A stretch of DNA of 64,000 bases from Candidatus Nanoarchaeia archaeon (GCA_028714375.1 JAQTMK010000001.1:243636-307635), one strand, 5' to 3'; shown: positions 17,653 through 28,164, counted from the first letter of the stretch. The notes: generated by a model from the sequence alone, not told the origin. A program made the numbers and translations.

Positions 17653-18489
17653 ATGCCAATTAATGCAGGTTTTGAGTTTGGGAAAGCAGAACGTAAGTTT
17701 CACGAAGCTGTAACTATCCATGAAAAGATGGAAGCTCTTAAGGAGATGTACAGGACTGCTCCCAAACACAAGTCTTCTGAAGGTTTGCTTAAAGAAATCA
17801 AAATCAAGATGGCTAAGTACAAGGAACTGATGGACAGGGAGAGAAAACAGAAAAAAGGTAAAGTAGCAAAATATTCAATAAAAAAAGAAGGTGCAGCAAC
17901 CATTACGTTGGTAGGTACAACAAATTCTGGGAAATCAACCTTATTAAAAAAACTGACAAATTCAAATCCCTTAATCTCAGAATATCCATTTACAACCCAG
18001 GATCCAGAAATTGGAACAATGGATTATAAGGGAGTAAAGTTACAGATTGTTGAACTTCCAGCAATAGTTAAGGATTTTATGCATTCCAAGAATGGCTTGG
18101 CTTTGATGTCAATTATAAGAATCTCAGATTTAATAGTCCTGATGTATAACAACGAAGAGGAAAGAAAATTATTATATAAAGAACTTGAAGATGAACAGCT
18201 AAATATTTTAGAGTATAAAAAACAAAACAATATAAAAGATTTAATGTGGGATCATTTGGATATGATTAAGGTTTATACAAAACAGCCAGGAAAAGGGAAA
18301 GATTACCCTCCAATGGCGCTTCCAAAAGGCTCAACTCTTAAAGACATAGCGCAAAAAGTTCATAAGGACTTTATCAAGAAATTTAAATTTGCAAGATTAT
18401 GGGGAAATTCTGTCAGATTCCAGGGAGCACAGGTTGGACTAAGTCATATTCTTCACGACGAAGATATTGTAGAATTTCATCTTAAATAA
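17653..18489 (+). CDS. DRG/Obg-family GTPase with TGS domain
   Basis: GTTNSGKST, YPFTT, C-terminal TGS (VYTK...VH.DF...VGLSHILHDED). Confidence 0.88.
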   Translation: MPINAGFEFGKAERKFHEAVTIHEKMEALKEMYRTAPKHKSSEGLLKEIKIKMAKYKELMDRERKQKKGKVAKYSIKKEGAATITLVGTTNSGKSTLLKKLTNSNPLISEYPFTTQDPEIGTMDYKGVKLQIVELPAIVKDFMHSKNGLALMSIIRISDLIVLMYNNEEERKLLYKELEDEQLNILEYKKQNNIKDLMWDHLDMIKVYTKQPGKGKDYPPMALPKGSTLKDIAQKVHKDFIKKFKFARLWGNSVRFQGAQVGLSHILHDEDIVEFHLK

Positions 18490-19333
18490 ATTTGTATTCT
18501 CCCTCATTATGTGTCGGAAAATTTTTTAAGTATGTATCAATTATAGACTCAAAAGCTTCAAGAGTTTCAATCAATAAATCTAGAGAGGTTTCTTTATTTT
18601 TCAAAGTTTTTTCAAAAAGCTTCGGATTTTTTAACATCTCAAAAGCTTTGTCTAAAGTTTTCAAATAAGTATCTGGACAATCAATATTCTTTTTTAATTT
18701 GCCTAGAGATATATTTTTTGAATCTACAATCTCTCCAGTTCTCAACAACAAGATACCTTTTGGAGATTTTGAAAGAGCTTCTACTGTTTTTCCAACTTTT
18801 AATTTAAAGTTTTCAGAATCATATTTTAATAATGTTTGAGATTCTAATACTAAATTTCTAATTTTTCTGAAATTAAATGATAAGTGATTTAAAGTACCTA
18901 CCTTGTAGTCTTTACCATCCATCTCAGATCTGTAATCTTGTTCAGAATAAAGAATAGATTTATTTTTTATCCAATCTGTAAAGTCTGTAGTGTAAGCTAA
19001 AAATCTCCCATCTTTAATTAAGACTCGATCTAAGAGATTTAACTGTAATGGAATTCTCTTTTTTTGGTCTTCTTTCATTATTTTTGAAATTTCCAATATC
19101 TCCTCTTTTGGAGTTATAATCCCAGAATTAAGGATTAACCCCCCATCTATATCGCTTCTTCCATAGTCACAATTGTGGAGATAAGAGCCATAAATATAAA
19201 AACATGAATCTGGGGAAATCAAATTTAAATCCTTAGAGAAATGCCTAATAAAATAATCATAGTCTTTCTTTTTTGGAAGTTTCATTTGATAATCAGAATA
19301 AGGTATCTGATTAACCATCACCCCAAAATTCAA
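18482..19333 (-). CDS. Nucleotidyltransferase (Pol-beta/MNT-like) domain protein
   Basis: YIYGSY...GRSDIDG motif; helical C-terminal domain. Confidence 0.65.
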   Translation of the reverse strand: MNFGVMVNQIPYSDYQMKLPKKKDYDYFIRHFSKDLNLISPDSCFYIYGSYLHNCDYGRSDIDGGLILNSGIITPKEEILEISKIMKEDQKKRIPLQLNLLDRVLIKDGRFLAYTTDFTDWIKNKSILYSEQDYRSEMDGKDYKVGTLNHLSFNFRKIRNLVLESQTLLKYDSENFKLKVGKTVEALSKSPKGILLLRTGEIVDSKNISLGKLKKNIDCPDTYLKTLDKAFEMLKNPKLFEKTLKNKETSLDLLIETLEAFESIIDTYLKNFPTHNEGEYKFI

Positions 19334-19358
19334 CTAGCTATGCAATTTATAAATATTA

Positions 19359-20255
19359 TTATAAACCATTAACTATTTTATCCCATTCTTCAAAATTCTT
19401 GGATAAAGATATTTTTTGTCTGTATTTTGCACAGCCATTAAACCCCTTAACAACATACAAACTTAATGCCTTTAGACGATTAAAATTTTGGCAGTTTAAC
19501 TTTTCAGATAAATTCCAGTATTCATAAAGGACATTTATTTTTTTATTTAATTCAATTTCCTTCCCCTTTTTAATTTCAGTAAAAACTAAAGGATTCCCCA
19601 TAGCAGCTCTTCCAACCATGAAAGCATCCACGTTAGTCTCTTTCATTTTTTCTAAACTCTCTCTGTCTTTAATATCACCATTCCCAACCACCGGGATGTT
19701 TAAATTATCTTTAATATTTTTTATACCATCATAATTAACATTTCCACTATAACCCTGCCCGACAGTTCTTCCATGAACAATTATAAAAGAAGCTCCTCCG
19801 TCTTCAACCATCTTGGCACTTTTTAGTGAGTCATTTTTATCCAAAGCAATTCTAATTTTTCCGCTTATTGGTTTTTTAGAGTTACTAACTAAAAATTCAA
19901 CTATTTCTTTTATTTTTGCAGGACGTTTTAATAAAGCAGACCCAGATCCTTGTTTAATTACTTTGGTTGCTGGACATCCAAAATTAACATCAATAAAATC
20001 AAAATCATCTTCAGCAATTTTAAGACTTTTCTTATATGCATCAAGTCTTGTTCCGAATAACTGTATCCCAATTGGTTTTTCTTCATCAATTGTTTCAATC
20101 AATTTTAGGGTTGCCTTGTTGTCTCTTGAAAGAGCATTGACACTTATCATCTCAGTCATTACTATGTCTGCCCCGTATTTTCTGCACAATAATCGAAAAG
20201 CTATATCGTTTACTCCAGCCATTGGAGCAAGGAATAATTTATTTTTAATATTCAT
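19359..20255 (-). CDS. dus: tRNA-dihydrouridine synthase
   Basis: LAPMAGV, QLFG, NFGCP, HGRT, GNGDI, MVGRAA.GNP. Confidence 0.93.
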   Translation of the reverse strand: MNIKNKLFLAPMAGVNDIAFRLLCRKYGADIVMTEMISVNALSRDNKATLKLIETIDEEKPIGIQLFGTRLDAYKKSLKIAEDDFDFIDVNFGCPATKVIKQGSGSALLKRPAKIKEIVEFLVSNSKKPISGKIRIALDKNDSLKSAKMVEDGGASFIIVHGRTVGQGYSGNVNYDGIKNIKDNLNIPVVGNGDIKDRESLEKMKETNVDAFMVGRAAMGNPLVFTEIKKGKEIELNKKINVLYEYWNLSEKLNCQNFNRLKALSLYVVKGFNGCAKYRQKISLSKNFEEWDKIVNGL

Positions 20256-20364
20256 TTTATTATATTAATTTAGATAATTTATAAGTATTCTTACTAGTTT
20301 CAGATTATCGATAAATTTATAAATATGATATTTTTTTCAGAACAAAACCTTTGGAGGTAAAAAA

Positions 20365-20514
20365 ATGTCAGAAGAACTAAAAATCTTGTTAAAACATGAT
20401 GATGAAGATTATGACGAGCCTGATACTGGTGACGATGACACTAAGGACGATGACACTAGTGATGACGATCTTGAGGATGAACCTGAAGAAGAAGATTGGT
20501 CTGATGATTATTAG
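20365..20514 (+). CDS. 49-aa extremely acidic microprotein (not in ORF track)
   Basis: MSEELKILLKHDDEDYDEPDTGDDDTKDDDTSDDDLEDEPEEEDWSDDY; TATA, GGAGGT SD and own terminator. Confidence 0.8.
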   Translation: MSEELKILLKHDDEDYDEPDTGDDDTKDDDTSDDDLEDEPEEEDWSDDY

Positions 20515-20516
20515 TT

Positions 20517-20550
20517 AGAATTGCCCCAAGCAATTCTTGTTTTTTCTTTT
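20517..20550 (+). terminator. Hairpin plus T-tract
   Basis: AGAATTGC cccaa GCAATTCT TGTTTTTTCTTTT. Confidence 0.7.
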
Positions 20551-20589
20551 AAACCAAAATTTTAAATACTATTTCTTTATCCAAATCTT

Positions 20590-21297
20590 ATGTTAAAGGC
20601 AGATTTACACATTCATACGAATTATATCCAAAAAGGAGAGGGAAAGTACTCCCCAAAATGGTTAATAGACCATATGGCTAAATGGGGGTATGAAGTTTTG
20701 GCAATTACAGAACACTCAACCCTTAATGGAGCATTTGTTAAGAAAAGCTATTCAAATGCGTTGGATACTTACTTTAAATTTAAGGATTATGCAAAAGAAA
20801 AGAATATCTTATTAATTCCTGGAGTTGAAAGACACATAGAGGGGGTTGAGGTTCTAATTTTAAATTATAATAATTTTGAAGAGATAAATACCTTTAAAGA
20901 TTTACAAAAAGTAAGGCAGAAAGGAGGGCTGATAATTGCTCCACACCCTTATTATCCCTGGGGATTAAATGGAAAACTTGAAGAAAACATAAAATATTTT
21001 GACGCATTAGAAAGGACAGTGCACTACCTTAAAGGATTTGATAGTTTAAATGAAAAAGCAGAAGAAATCGCAAAAAAATACAAAAAAACGATGGTAGCAA
21101 ACTCAGATGCACACTGGAAGTTTCAATTAAACAGGAATGCTACTCTTATAGATGCAGAAAAAAACATAGATTCTATTTTAGATGCAATAAGAAAAAATAA
21201 AGTTGAAATTCAAACTAAACCACTGACAACAAAACAATATTTTTTTACAACAATGTGGGTAATCAAATCAAAAATCAGAAAGTTATTTACTGTTTAA
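20590..21297 (+). CDS. PHP-domain metal-dependent phosphoesterase
   Basis: DLHIHT, AITEH, PGVE, APHP, NSDAH. Confidence 0.9.
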   Translation: MLKADLHIHTNYIQKGEGKYSPKWLIDHMAKWGYEVLAITEHSTLNGAFVKKSYSNALDTYFKFKDYAKEKNILLIPGVERHIEGVEVLILNYNNFEEINTFKDLQKVRQKGGLIIAPHPYYPWGLNGKLEENIKYFDALERTVHYLKGFDSLNEKAEEIAKKYKKTMVANSDAHWKFQLNRNATLIDAEKNIDSILDAIRKNKVEIQTKPLTTKQYFFTTMWVIKSKIRKLFTV

Positions 21298-22705
21298 GAT
21301 GTTTATTTAATAATTCAGAAGCTTTTTTACCATCCACCTTCCCACGGTATTTTTTCATTATCTCGCCCATCAAGGCCCCAAAGCTTAAGTTTTTGTTCTT
21401 GTGGATAATCTCCTTGATTTCTTTTTCAATTTCTTTTTCATCAACCTGTTCGTATTTTTTTAGATCAGCATCACCCTTGGTTGCAAAATCAACTAAAATC
21501 TCATAAACAGCATCTTTCCCAACTTTGCCTTCATTGTAATAACCCAAGGCATTTTCTATCATAGGTATCGTAACTTCTTTGTCAAACCTTGACTGAATCT
21601 CTTTTCTGACCTCAACCAAAACATTTGCAATGAATTCAGGGTTTACTTTGGAAAATTTATGAATATAACTTTCAAAATCAATATCCATCTTGATTAATTC
21701 TCTGGATAGTTCTTCACTAAACTTATATTTTTCAATAAATTTATTTGTTTTTTCAGATATTAATTCAGGTAACTCAAGTGAGTCTAACATCTTTTTGGTA
21801 ATCTTTATAATTTTTATATCAGTTTCAGGATACATTCTTGATGCTCCAGGCATTGGTCTCTGATATTCTGTTGTGAAATCCGGATTTGCTTTTCTTACAT
21901 GACCTTCTTCATTTTTGGTTTTTAACTGCCTGTGGATTTCATTATCAATTGTTCTTGGAATATTTTTTAGGTCTTGAAATCCTTTTATTTCAATTCTGTT
22001 ATGCCCCTTAATACTTACATTAACATCCTGTCTTATGCTTCCAATTCCTCTTTTTACTTTTCCAGTAGATCTTAAAATCATACCAATGATAGAAGCAACT
22101 TCCCGGGCATGCTCGCTGTCTTTGATCTCTGGCGCAGTTGCAATTTCAATTAAACCAACTCCCAGTCTATCTAACCTATAAGTTATGGAATTATTTTCTT
22201 CCTTTACTTTCTTAGCAGCCTCTTCCTCTAAACAAACAGTTTCAATATTAACTTTTCCTTTGCTTGTATTGATAAAACCATTAGTTCCAATCAAAGCAGT
22301 TCTTTGAAATCCAGAAACATTGCTTCCATCTACAACGGTTTTTCTCATAAACTGAATACTATCAACAACTTTGCAGTTTAATAATAAACAGATTTGCAAT
22401 GCAATATCCAATGAATCTTTGTTTAGTTCATGTGGTGGTTCTTCGTCATATTCAACCAAACAGCTGGAACTTGAACAGGCCTCGTAGATAACTTCTTTGT
22501 CCTTGGACATTTCAAACTCAGCAGCCCTGTCTATTTTTCCAGTCTCTCCGGCTATTGCTCTTAATTTTCTTTTAAACTTAATATTGGGTTCATTTTCATC
22601 ATTAACGATTGCAGGACATTTGCAGAATAACTTTCTTCCTTCAATCTGTTGATGGATCTCTAATCCAGATTTAAAACCCAGTTCTTTATAGTTAATCATT
22701 ATCAT
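21287..22705 (-). CDS. gatE: Glu-tRNA(Gln) amidotransferase subunit E (short form)
   Basis: GLEIHQQ, KLFC, DEEPP, MRKTVVDGSN.SGFQRT, PG.SRMYPETD; next to gatD. Confidence 0.93.
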   Translation of the reverse strand: MIMINYKELGFKSGLEIHQQIEGRKLFCKCPAIVNDENEPNIKFKRKLRAIAGETGKIDRAAEFEMSKDKEVIYEACSSSSCLVEYDEEPPHELNKDSLDIALQICLLLNCKVVDSIQFMRKTVVDGSNVSGFQRTALIGTNGFINTSKGKVNIETVCLEEEAAKKVKEENNSITYRLDRLGVGLIEIATAPEIKDSEHAREVASIIGMILRSTGKVKRGIGSIRQDVNVSIKGHNRIEIKGFQDLKNIPRTIDNEIHRQLKTKNEEGHVRKANPDFTTEYQRPMPGASRMYPETDIKIIKITKKMLDSLELPELISEKTNKFIEKYKFSEELSRELIKMDIDFESYIHKFSKVNPEFIANVLVEVRKEIQSRFDKEVTIPMIENALGYYNEGKVGKDAVYEILVDFATKGDADLKKYEQVDEKEIEKEIKEIIHKNKNLSFGALMGEIMKKYRGKVDGKKASELLNKHLKQ

Positions 22706-22746
22706 CTTAGAATTATATTGGTTTATATTCTTTACTTTTTTGAAAA

Positions 22747-24018
22747 CTAAATAAATTCTAATCCAATTCTTTTATTAATTTCTCCTTTTAGGTTAGTAGA
22801 AATCATTTGTTTTACTTGATCTTTTTTGTAGTTCCCAAGCAACCACGCCAGTTTAATATAAGCAGTTTCAGTTGTCATATCCTCTCCAGAGATAACTCCA
22901 ATCTTTTGCAGTTCTCTTCCAGTAGAATAAACATTCATGTTAACTCTTCCAAAAATGCATTGGCTTGTCATAACAATAACACAGCTTTTGCTTAATTTTT
23001 TTAAGGCATTGAATATTTTTTTATTTTCAGGAGAATTGTCAATTGAAATATGTCCCAGTCCAGTCCCTTCAATAACCAATCCCTTATAACCTTTAAAACT
23101 TTCAATTTGTTTTGAATTTAAATTTGGATATGTTCTTAAAATTCCAACTTTTTCCTCAAATTTATTTTTTGATTTCCAAGCTCCTTTTTCATTCTTTAAT
23201 TCTTTAATCATTTTAATCTTATTTTTAGAATAATTTACTTCAGCAATAGCTTCATCATTAATAATCTTGAATGCATCTCTTCTGGAGCTGTGTAGTTTTC
23301 TGGTTTTTAATGCAGGCATGATTAGACAAGTATCATCGTTGATGTCTTTGTGCATACAGATTGCAACTCCAGTAAATTCAGTATTTGCAATAAAATATGT
23401 GGCATTAATCAGATTTAATGCAGCATCACTGCTCCCCCTATCACTTGATCTCTGAGAACCGACCAAAACTACCGGTACTGGCAGATTATCAAACATAAAA
23501 CTTAAAGCAGCAGCGCTATAATGCATAGTGTCAGTTCCGTGTCCGATAATAATCCCCTTTACACCGCTTTTAATTTCTTTTTCAATTGCTTTTGATATAT
23601 TAACATAGTCCTTGAATCTTAAATTTTCAGAAAAAACATTGGAAACAAAAATACTTTTGATATTAGCAATCTTTTCCAGTTCCGGAAACATTGAAACTAA
23701 CTCTTCAGGTTCAAATCTTGCTACAACTCCACCAGTATTATAATCAACTTTTGAAGCGATTGTTCCCCCAGTATGTAATATTGAGACTGTGGGTAAGTTT
23801 TTGTTGTGCTTAACCTTTACAGTTGAAGATTTTATATCAATTTTTTTGTCAAGAATTTTAACTTTTTTAATGTCTTTGATGTTTATTCCAACATTATATC
23901 CTGACTCTAGTTTTAAAAACAAAGTTTCTGAATCAGAATTAGGCATGACTATTCCTTTATAGACTTCATCCTTTAATTCAACCTCTATTTTTTCTAAACC
24001 TTTAAATTTTTTAACCAT
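22747..24018 (-). CDS. gatD: Glu-tRNA(Gln) amidotransferase subunit D
   Basis: TGGTIASKVDY.TG, HGTDT, GSQRSSDR.SSD, HSSRRDAF. Confidence 0.95.
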   Translation of the reverse strand: MVKKFKGLEKIEVELKDEVYKGIVMPNSDSETLFLKLESGYNVGINIKDIKKVKILDKKIDIKSSTVKVKHNKNLPTVSILHTGGTIASKVDYNTGGVVARFEPEELVSMFPELEKIANIKSIFVSNVFSENLRFKDYVNISKAIEKEIKSGVKGIIIGHGTDTMHYSAAALSFMFDNLPVPVVLVGSQRSSDRGSSDAALNLINATYFIANTEFTGVAICMHKDINDDTCLIMPALKTRKLHSSRRDAFKIINDEAIAEVNYSKNKIKMIKELKNEKGAWKSKNKFEEKVGILRTYPNLNSKQIESFKGYKGLVIEGTGLGHISIDNSPENKKIFNALKKLSKSCVIVMTSQCIFGRVNMNVYSTGRELQKIGVISGEDMTTETAYIKLAWLLGNYKKDQVKQMISTNLKGEINKRIGLEFI

Positions 24019-24387
24019 CTTTTGAATAAAAAATACAAACCTAATTAAAAATTATTTATATTTTATAATCTCTATATTATAAAACAATATTATCTAAAAT
24101 ATATATTACTCATAAAAAATATTTAAATACTAATATGTTATCTAAAAAGACAATTAAAATAATAGAATTAAATAAGTTCCATCATATTCAGCATTTATCG
24201 GGCAATAAAGGCTGATTGGGCGTTCAGGAACTTTCGGGCATGTATTGCGTTCCTAATTGAATTTATCTGTCGAAACAGTTATACTTGGGCAAGCTAAACT
24301 ATTTCTAAGAAACAATAATCATTACTCAAATATAAAGGTTTCGGTTTTGAGTAAAAAAAAACAAAAAAACAAGGGGGAAAAAGAAAA

Positions 24388-25458
24388 ATGGATTTTATTG
24401 TTCAAAGCGCAATTGAAACACACAAAGACACAATGCCAACATCACATGTTGGTCAGGCAAATATCAAAGTTATAGGTTGCGGTGGTGGAGGATCCAACAC
24501 TGTTAACTGGTTGTTTAAGAAAGGGGTTCAAGGAGCAGAAATTGCTGCACTTAACACCGACAAACAGCACCTAGACATAATTGAAGCAGACAGAAAAATA
24601 TTGATTGGAAAAGATCTAACAAGAGGACTTGGAGCAGGCGGTTATCCGAATGTTGGAAGAGATGCTGCCAAAGAATCATTACACGAACTAAGGGACCTAA
24701 TTAAAGATACAGATATGGTATTTATCTGTGCTGGAATGGGTGGTGGAACAGGAACAGGAGCAGCACCAGTAATGGCACAGATGGCTAAAGAAGCAGGAGC
24801 AATCGTAATTGGTACAGTCACTATGCCTTTCAACATTGAAAGAGCAAGAATTGACAAAGCTGAATTTGGTCTACAACAATTAAGAGAGGTCTCTGACACA
24901 GTTATAGTTATAGACAACAACAGGTTAGTCCAGATTGCAGGAAACCTACCAATTGAGCAGGCATTTGCTGTAGCTAACGAATTAATGAGTACAATGATAA
25001 AGGGGATAGTAGAAATTATCTCAGTACCTTCATTGGTTAACCTTGACTATGCAGATGTAAAAGCAATTATGGCAAACGGAGATGTATCTGTTATTGGTAT
25101 TGGAGAATCTGACTCTTCTCATAGGGTAGAAGAAGCAGTAAGAAGAGCCTTAACAAACCCACTACTTGATGTAAGTTATGAAGGGGCAACTGGTGCTTTA
25201 ATCCACGTTTCAGGTGGAGATGACCTTACATTGGATGAAGTAAGTAGAGTTGGTGACCTTATTACAGAAGCTCTGGATGCAGATGCTAACGTAATCTGGG
25301 GAGCAAGAATCAGTAAAGAGATGAAAGGAAGAGTAAGAGTTATGACCATCGTTACTGGAGTCAACTCACCATACATACTTGGTAAATCCCAAAAAGGTAA
25401 GATGAGCTCACAGTCAAAGCATCTAAGTAGGGAACTAGGTATAGACCTAGTACATTAA
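24388..25458 (+). CDS. ftsZ: Cell division protein FtsZ
   Basis: GMGGGTGTG tubulin signature, NTD, NLDYADV. Confidence 0.97.
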   Translation: MDFIVQSAIETHKDTMPTSHVGQANIKVIGCGGGGSNTVNWLFKKGVQGAEIAALNTDKQHLDIIEADRKILIGKDLTRGLGAGGYPNVGRDAAKESLHELRDLIKDTDMVFICAGMGGGTGTGAAPVMAQMAKEAGAIVIGTVTMPFNIERARIDKAEFGLQQLREVSDTVIVIDNNRLVQIAGNLPIEQAFAVANELMSTMIKGIVEIISVPSLVNLDYADVKAIMANGDVSVIGIGESDSSHRVEEAVRRALTNPLLDVSYEGATGALIHVSGGDDLTLDEVSRVGDLITEALDADANVIWGARISKEMKGRVRVMTIVTGVNSPYILGKSQKGKMSSQSKHLSRELGIDLVH

Positions 25459-25462
25459 TGCT

Positions 25463-25544
25463 TTAAGGGCAAAGAATCCCCCTATGTTTGTTTGCCCTTA
25501 ACCTAAATCTTGCTGGTGCTTTATGCATCAGCATTATTTTTTTT
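25463..25544 (+). terminator. Two stem-loops and T-tract after ftsZ
   Basis: TTAAGGGCAAA...TTTGCCCTTAA and TGCTGGTGC..GCATCAGCA then T8. Confidence 0.65.
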
Positions 25545-25561
25545 AAAATTAAAAGAATTAA

Positions 25562-26197
25562 CTAATTGGATTTTTTCTTCTTTAAAACATTAATTACTTT
25601 TTCATAGAATGGTTTTGTTTTTTTCTTAATCTCTTCTTTGATTCTTTTTATGTCATGGACTGTTGATTTTTCTTTTACTCCCCACTCTTCATAATATACA
25701 AAATGTTCTAATTCCTTTCTTATTGGCTCTTTATGGTTCTGATTGGGATACCCAATTGGAACAACAAACAAAGGTTCAACATTATCAGGTATTTTTATGA
25801 TTCTCCTTACAGCATTCTTATCAAAACTTGCAACCAAACAACTGCCTAATCCTTTTTCATGTAATAATAATGTTAGATTTTGAGTAAACAAAGAAACATT
25901 TTCTACTGCATATATATTTCCTCTTTCGTTATAAACTTTAACAGTAACATCAGGCTCACTGCACATTACCAAAACCAAAGGTGCTTCACTAATCCATCTT
26001 TGTCTTAGGCATGCAACAGCCAGATTTTTTATTTTTTCAGAATCCTGGATTACAACCACTTTCCAGTTCTGCAAATTCCCAGAACTTGGGGCAAACTTAG
26101 AATTATCAATGCATTCATAAATGTCCTGAATTTTTATATTTTTATTTTTAAATGATCTTACAGACCTTCTCTCTGTTATCGCTTTTTTTAGTTCCAT
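25562..26197 (-). CDS. Nitroreductase family protein
   Basis: RRSVRSF, APSSGNLQNW, GLGSC, IGYP. Confidence 0.9.
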   Translation of the reverse strand: MELKKAITERRSVRSFKNKNIKIQDIYECIDNSKFAPSSGNLQNWKVVVIQDSEKIKNLAVACLRQRWISEAPLVLVMCSEPDVTVKVYNERGNIYAVENVSLFTQNLTLLLHEKGLGSCLVASFDKNAVRRIIKIPDNVEPLFVVPIGYPNQNHKEPIRKELEHFVYYEEWGVKEKSTVHDIKRIKEEIKKKTKPFYEKVINVLKKKKSN

Positions 26198-26235
26198 ACA
26201 AAAACTTTAAATGTATCCTGTTATTTATAACTTTT

Positions 26236-27993
26236 ATGGATTATCTGGAACTAGCTAAATGTTATGATAATTTAGAAAAAACTACTAAAAGACTTGAAAA
26301 AACAGAAATCATAGCAGAATTAATCAAAAAAGCACCTAAGGAAGTTCTGAAACAGATAATGTATCTGATTAACGGAAAAGTTTTTCCGATTTATGATGAA
26401 AGAAAAATCGGTGTTTCTTCTAAGATTGCAATTAAAGCCTTGGCCCAGACAACAGGAACTTCAGCAGAAAAAATAGAGTCTATGATGAAGAAAAAAGGAG
26501 ATTTGGGATTGGTAGCAGAAGAATTAATTCAAACAAACAAACAAAAAACACTTTTCAGTAAAAAATTAACAATTGCAAAAGTTTTTGAAAATATTTCTAA
26601 CTTAGCAAACATGCAGGGGCAGGGAACAGTTAATAGGAGAGTGCAATTAATCTCAGAATTATACTCCAATGCTTCCCCCCTTGAGGCAAGATATATAACA
26701 AGAACCTTATTGGATGTTTTAAGAGTTGGTGTTGCAGAGGGAACAATACGTGACTCATTGTTATGGGCCTTTTTCCCAAAAATGGTATCATATGATAAGG
26801 AAAAACAGGAAATTGTGCTTACGGGTTCAAGAGATGAGTATAATGAATTGATGGATAAAATACAGCATGCCTATAATATGTCTAATGATTTTTCTGAAAT
26901 TGCTTTAGCTCTTAAGGAAAACAAATTAGATTCGCTAAAAAAAATAAAAATTAGTCTGGCCAAACCAATTAATCCAATGCTTGCTATTAAAGTAGAGTCT
27001 ATTAAAGAGGCCTATGAAATCCTTGGCAAAAAAGTTCTTTGGGAATACAAATTGGATGGTTTTAGGGGTCAGATTCACAAGCTCGGGAAGAATAAATATG
27101 AAATTTACACAAGAAGGTTAGAAAAAGTTACAAACCAATTTAAAGAATTAATCCCAAGATTAGAAAAACACGTTAAGGGAGATTCTTATATTTTGGATAC
27201 AGAGTTTGTCGGGTATGATCCAAAAACAAAAAGACCAAGGCCATTCCAGTATATCTCTCAGAGAATAAAAAGAAAACACAATATTGAGAAAGTTGCAAAA
27301 GAGTTTCCTGTGGAAATTAATGTTTTTGATGTTCTTTATCTTGACGGGAAAAATCTAATGGATCTAAGTCAGATTGAAAGAAGAAAAATATTGGAAAAAA
27401 TAATCAAAGAAGAAAAATTTAATATTATTCTGACAAAATCCCTGCTTACAGAAAATCAGAAAGAAGTTGAAAAATTTTATAAGGAATCTTTGAAGGCAGG
27501 CAATGAAGGTTTGATGGGAAAACAGATAGAAAAAGATTACAAGCCTGGCCGTCATGTTAATGGATGGATAAAATTAAAGCCAATTAAGGAACCATTGGAC
27601 TTGGTTATAACCGGAGCACAATGGGGAGAAGGGAAAAGAACTTCTGCATTTAGTTCATTTACTCTTTCATGCAGGTCAGATGGCAAATTTTTGGAAGTTG
27701 GAAAGGTTGGTACAGGAATTAAAGAAAAAGATGCAGAACTTACATTTGAATCTCTTACTAAATTATTAAAACCACTAATATTGAAACAAAAAAATCAATC
27801 TGCTGAGATAAAACCAAGGCTCGTTGTTGAAGTTAACTATGAAGAGATACAAAAGTCTCCAACCTATAGTTCAGGGTATGCTTTAAGATTTCCAAGAGTC
27901 ACTAGGATAAGATATGACAAATCAGAAAAGAATGCAAACACCGTCGAAGATGTCAAAAGAATATACACTAAACAAAATAAGTCTCTTATATAA
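26236..27993 (+). CDS. lig: ATP-dependent DNA ligase
   Basis: EYKLDG active-site Lys, EGLMGK, WIKLK, ALRFPR; start corrected to 26236. Confidence 0.95.
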   Translation: MDYLELAKCYDNLEKTTKRLEKTEIIAELIKKAPKEVLKQIMYLINGKVFPIYDERKIGVSSKIAIKALAQTTGTSAEKIESMMKKKGDLGLVAEELIQTNKQKTLFSKKLTIAKVFENISNLANMQGQGTVNRRVQLISELYSNASPLEARYITRTLLDVLRVGVAEGTIRDSLLWAFFPKMVSYDKEKQEIVLTGSRDEYNELMDKIQHAYNMSNDFSEIALALKENKLDSLKKIKISLAKPINPMLAIKVESIKEAYEILGKKVLWEYKLDGFRGQIHKLGKNKYEIYTRRLEKVTNQFKELIPRLEKHVKGDSYILDTEFVGYDPKTKRPRPFQYISQRIKRKHNIEKVAKEFPVEINVFDVLYLDGKNLMDLSQIERRKILEKIIKEEKFNIILTKSLLTENQKEVEKFYKESLKAGNEGLMGKQIEKDYKPGRHVNGWIKLKPIKEPLDLVITGAQWGEGKRTSAFSSFTLSCRSDGKFLEVGKVGTGIKEKDAELTFESLTKLLKPLILKQKNQSAEIKPRLVVEVNYEEIQKSPTYSSGYALRFPRVTRIRYDKSEKNANTVEDVKRIYTKQNKSLI

Positions 27994-28164
27994 CAATTTT
28001 GTAGTGGTAACTTTTTAAAATGAACATTCGAAAATAAAAATCTTTAAATACTCAAGTATTTACTGTTTACTTAACTTTATATCCACATGCAGTAAGTAAT
28101 TAATTTCGAACCTTCAAGGTGGTTATAATAAAAAAGAGGTTTTATACCAGGAGGAAGATGGTTA

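Noticed and set aside
24020-24170. Possible replication origin (AT-rich tract)
   Set aside because: No ORB-like boxes or adjacent cdc6/orc1 gene; AT richness alone is not enough.
24257-24475. 72-aa ORF overlapping the ftsZ start
   Set aside because: TTG start, no motif, overlaps ftsZ out of frame; does not look like a CdrS-type RHH.
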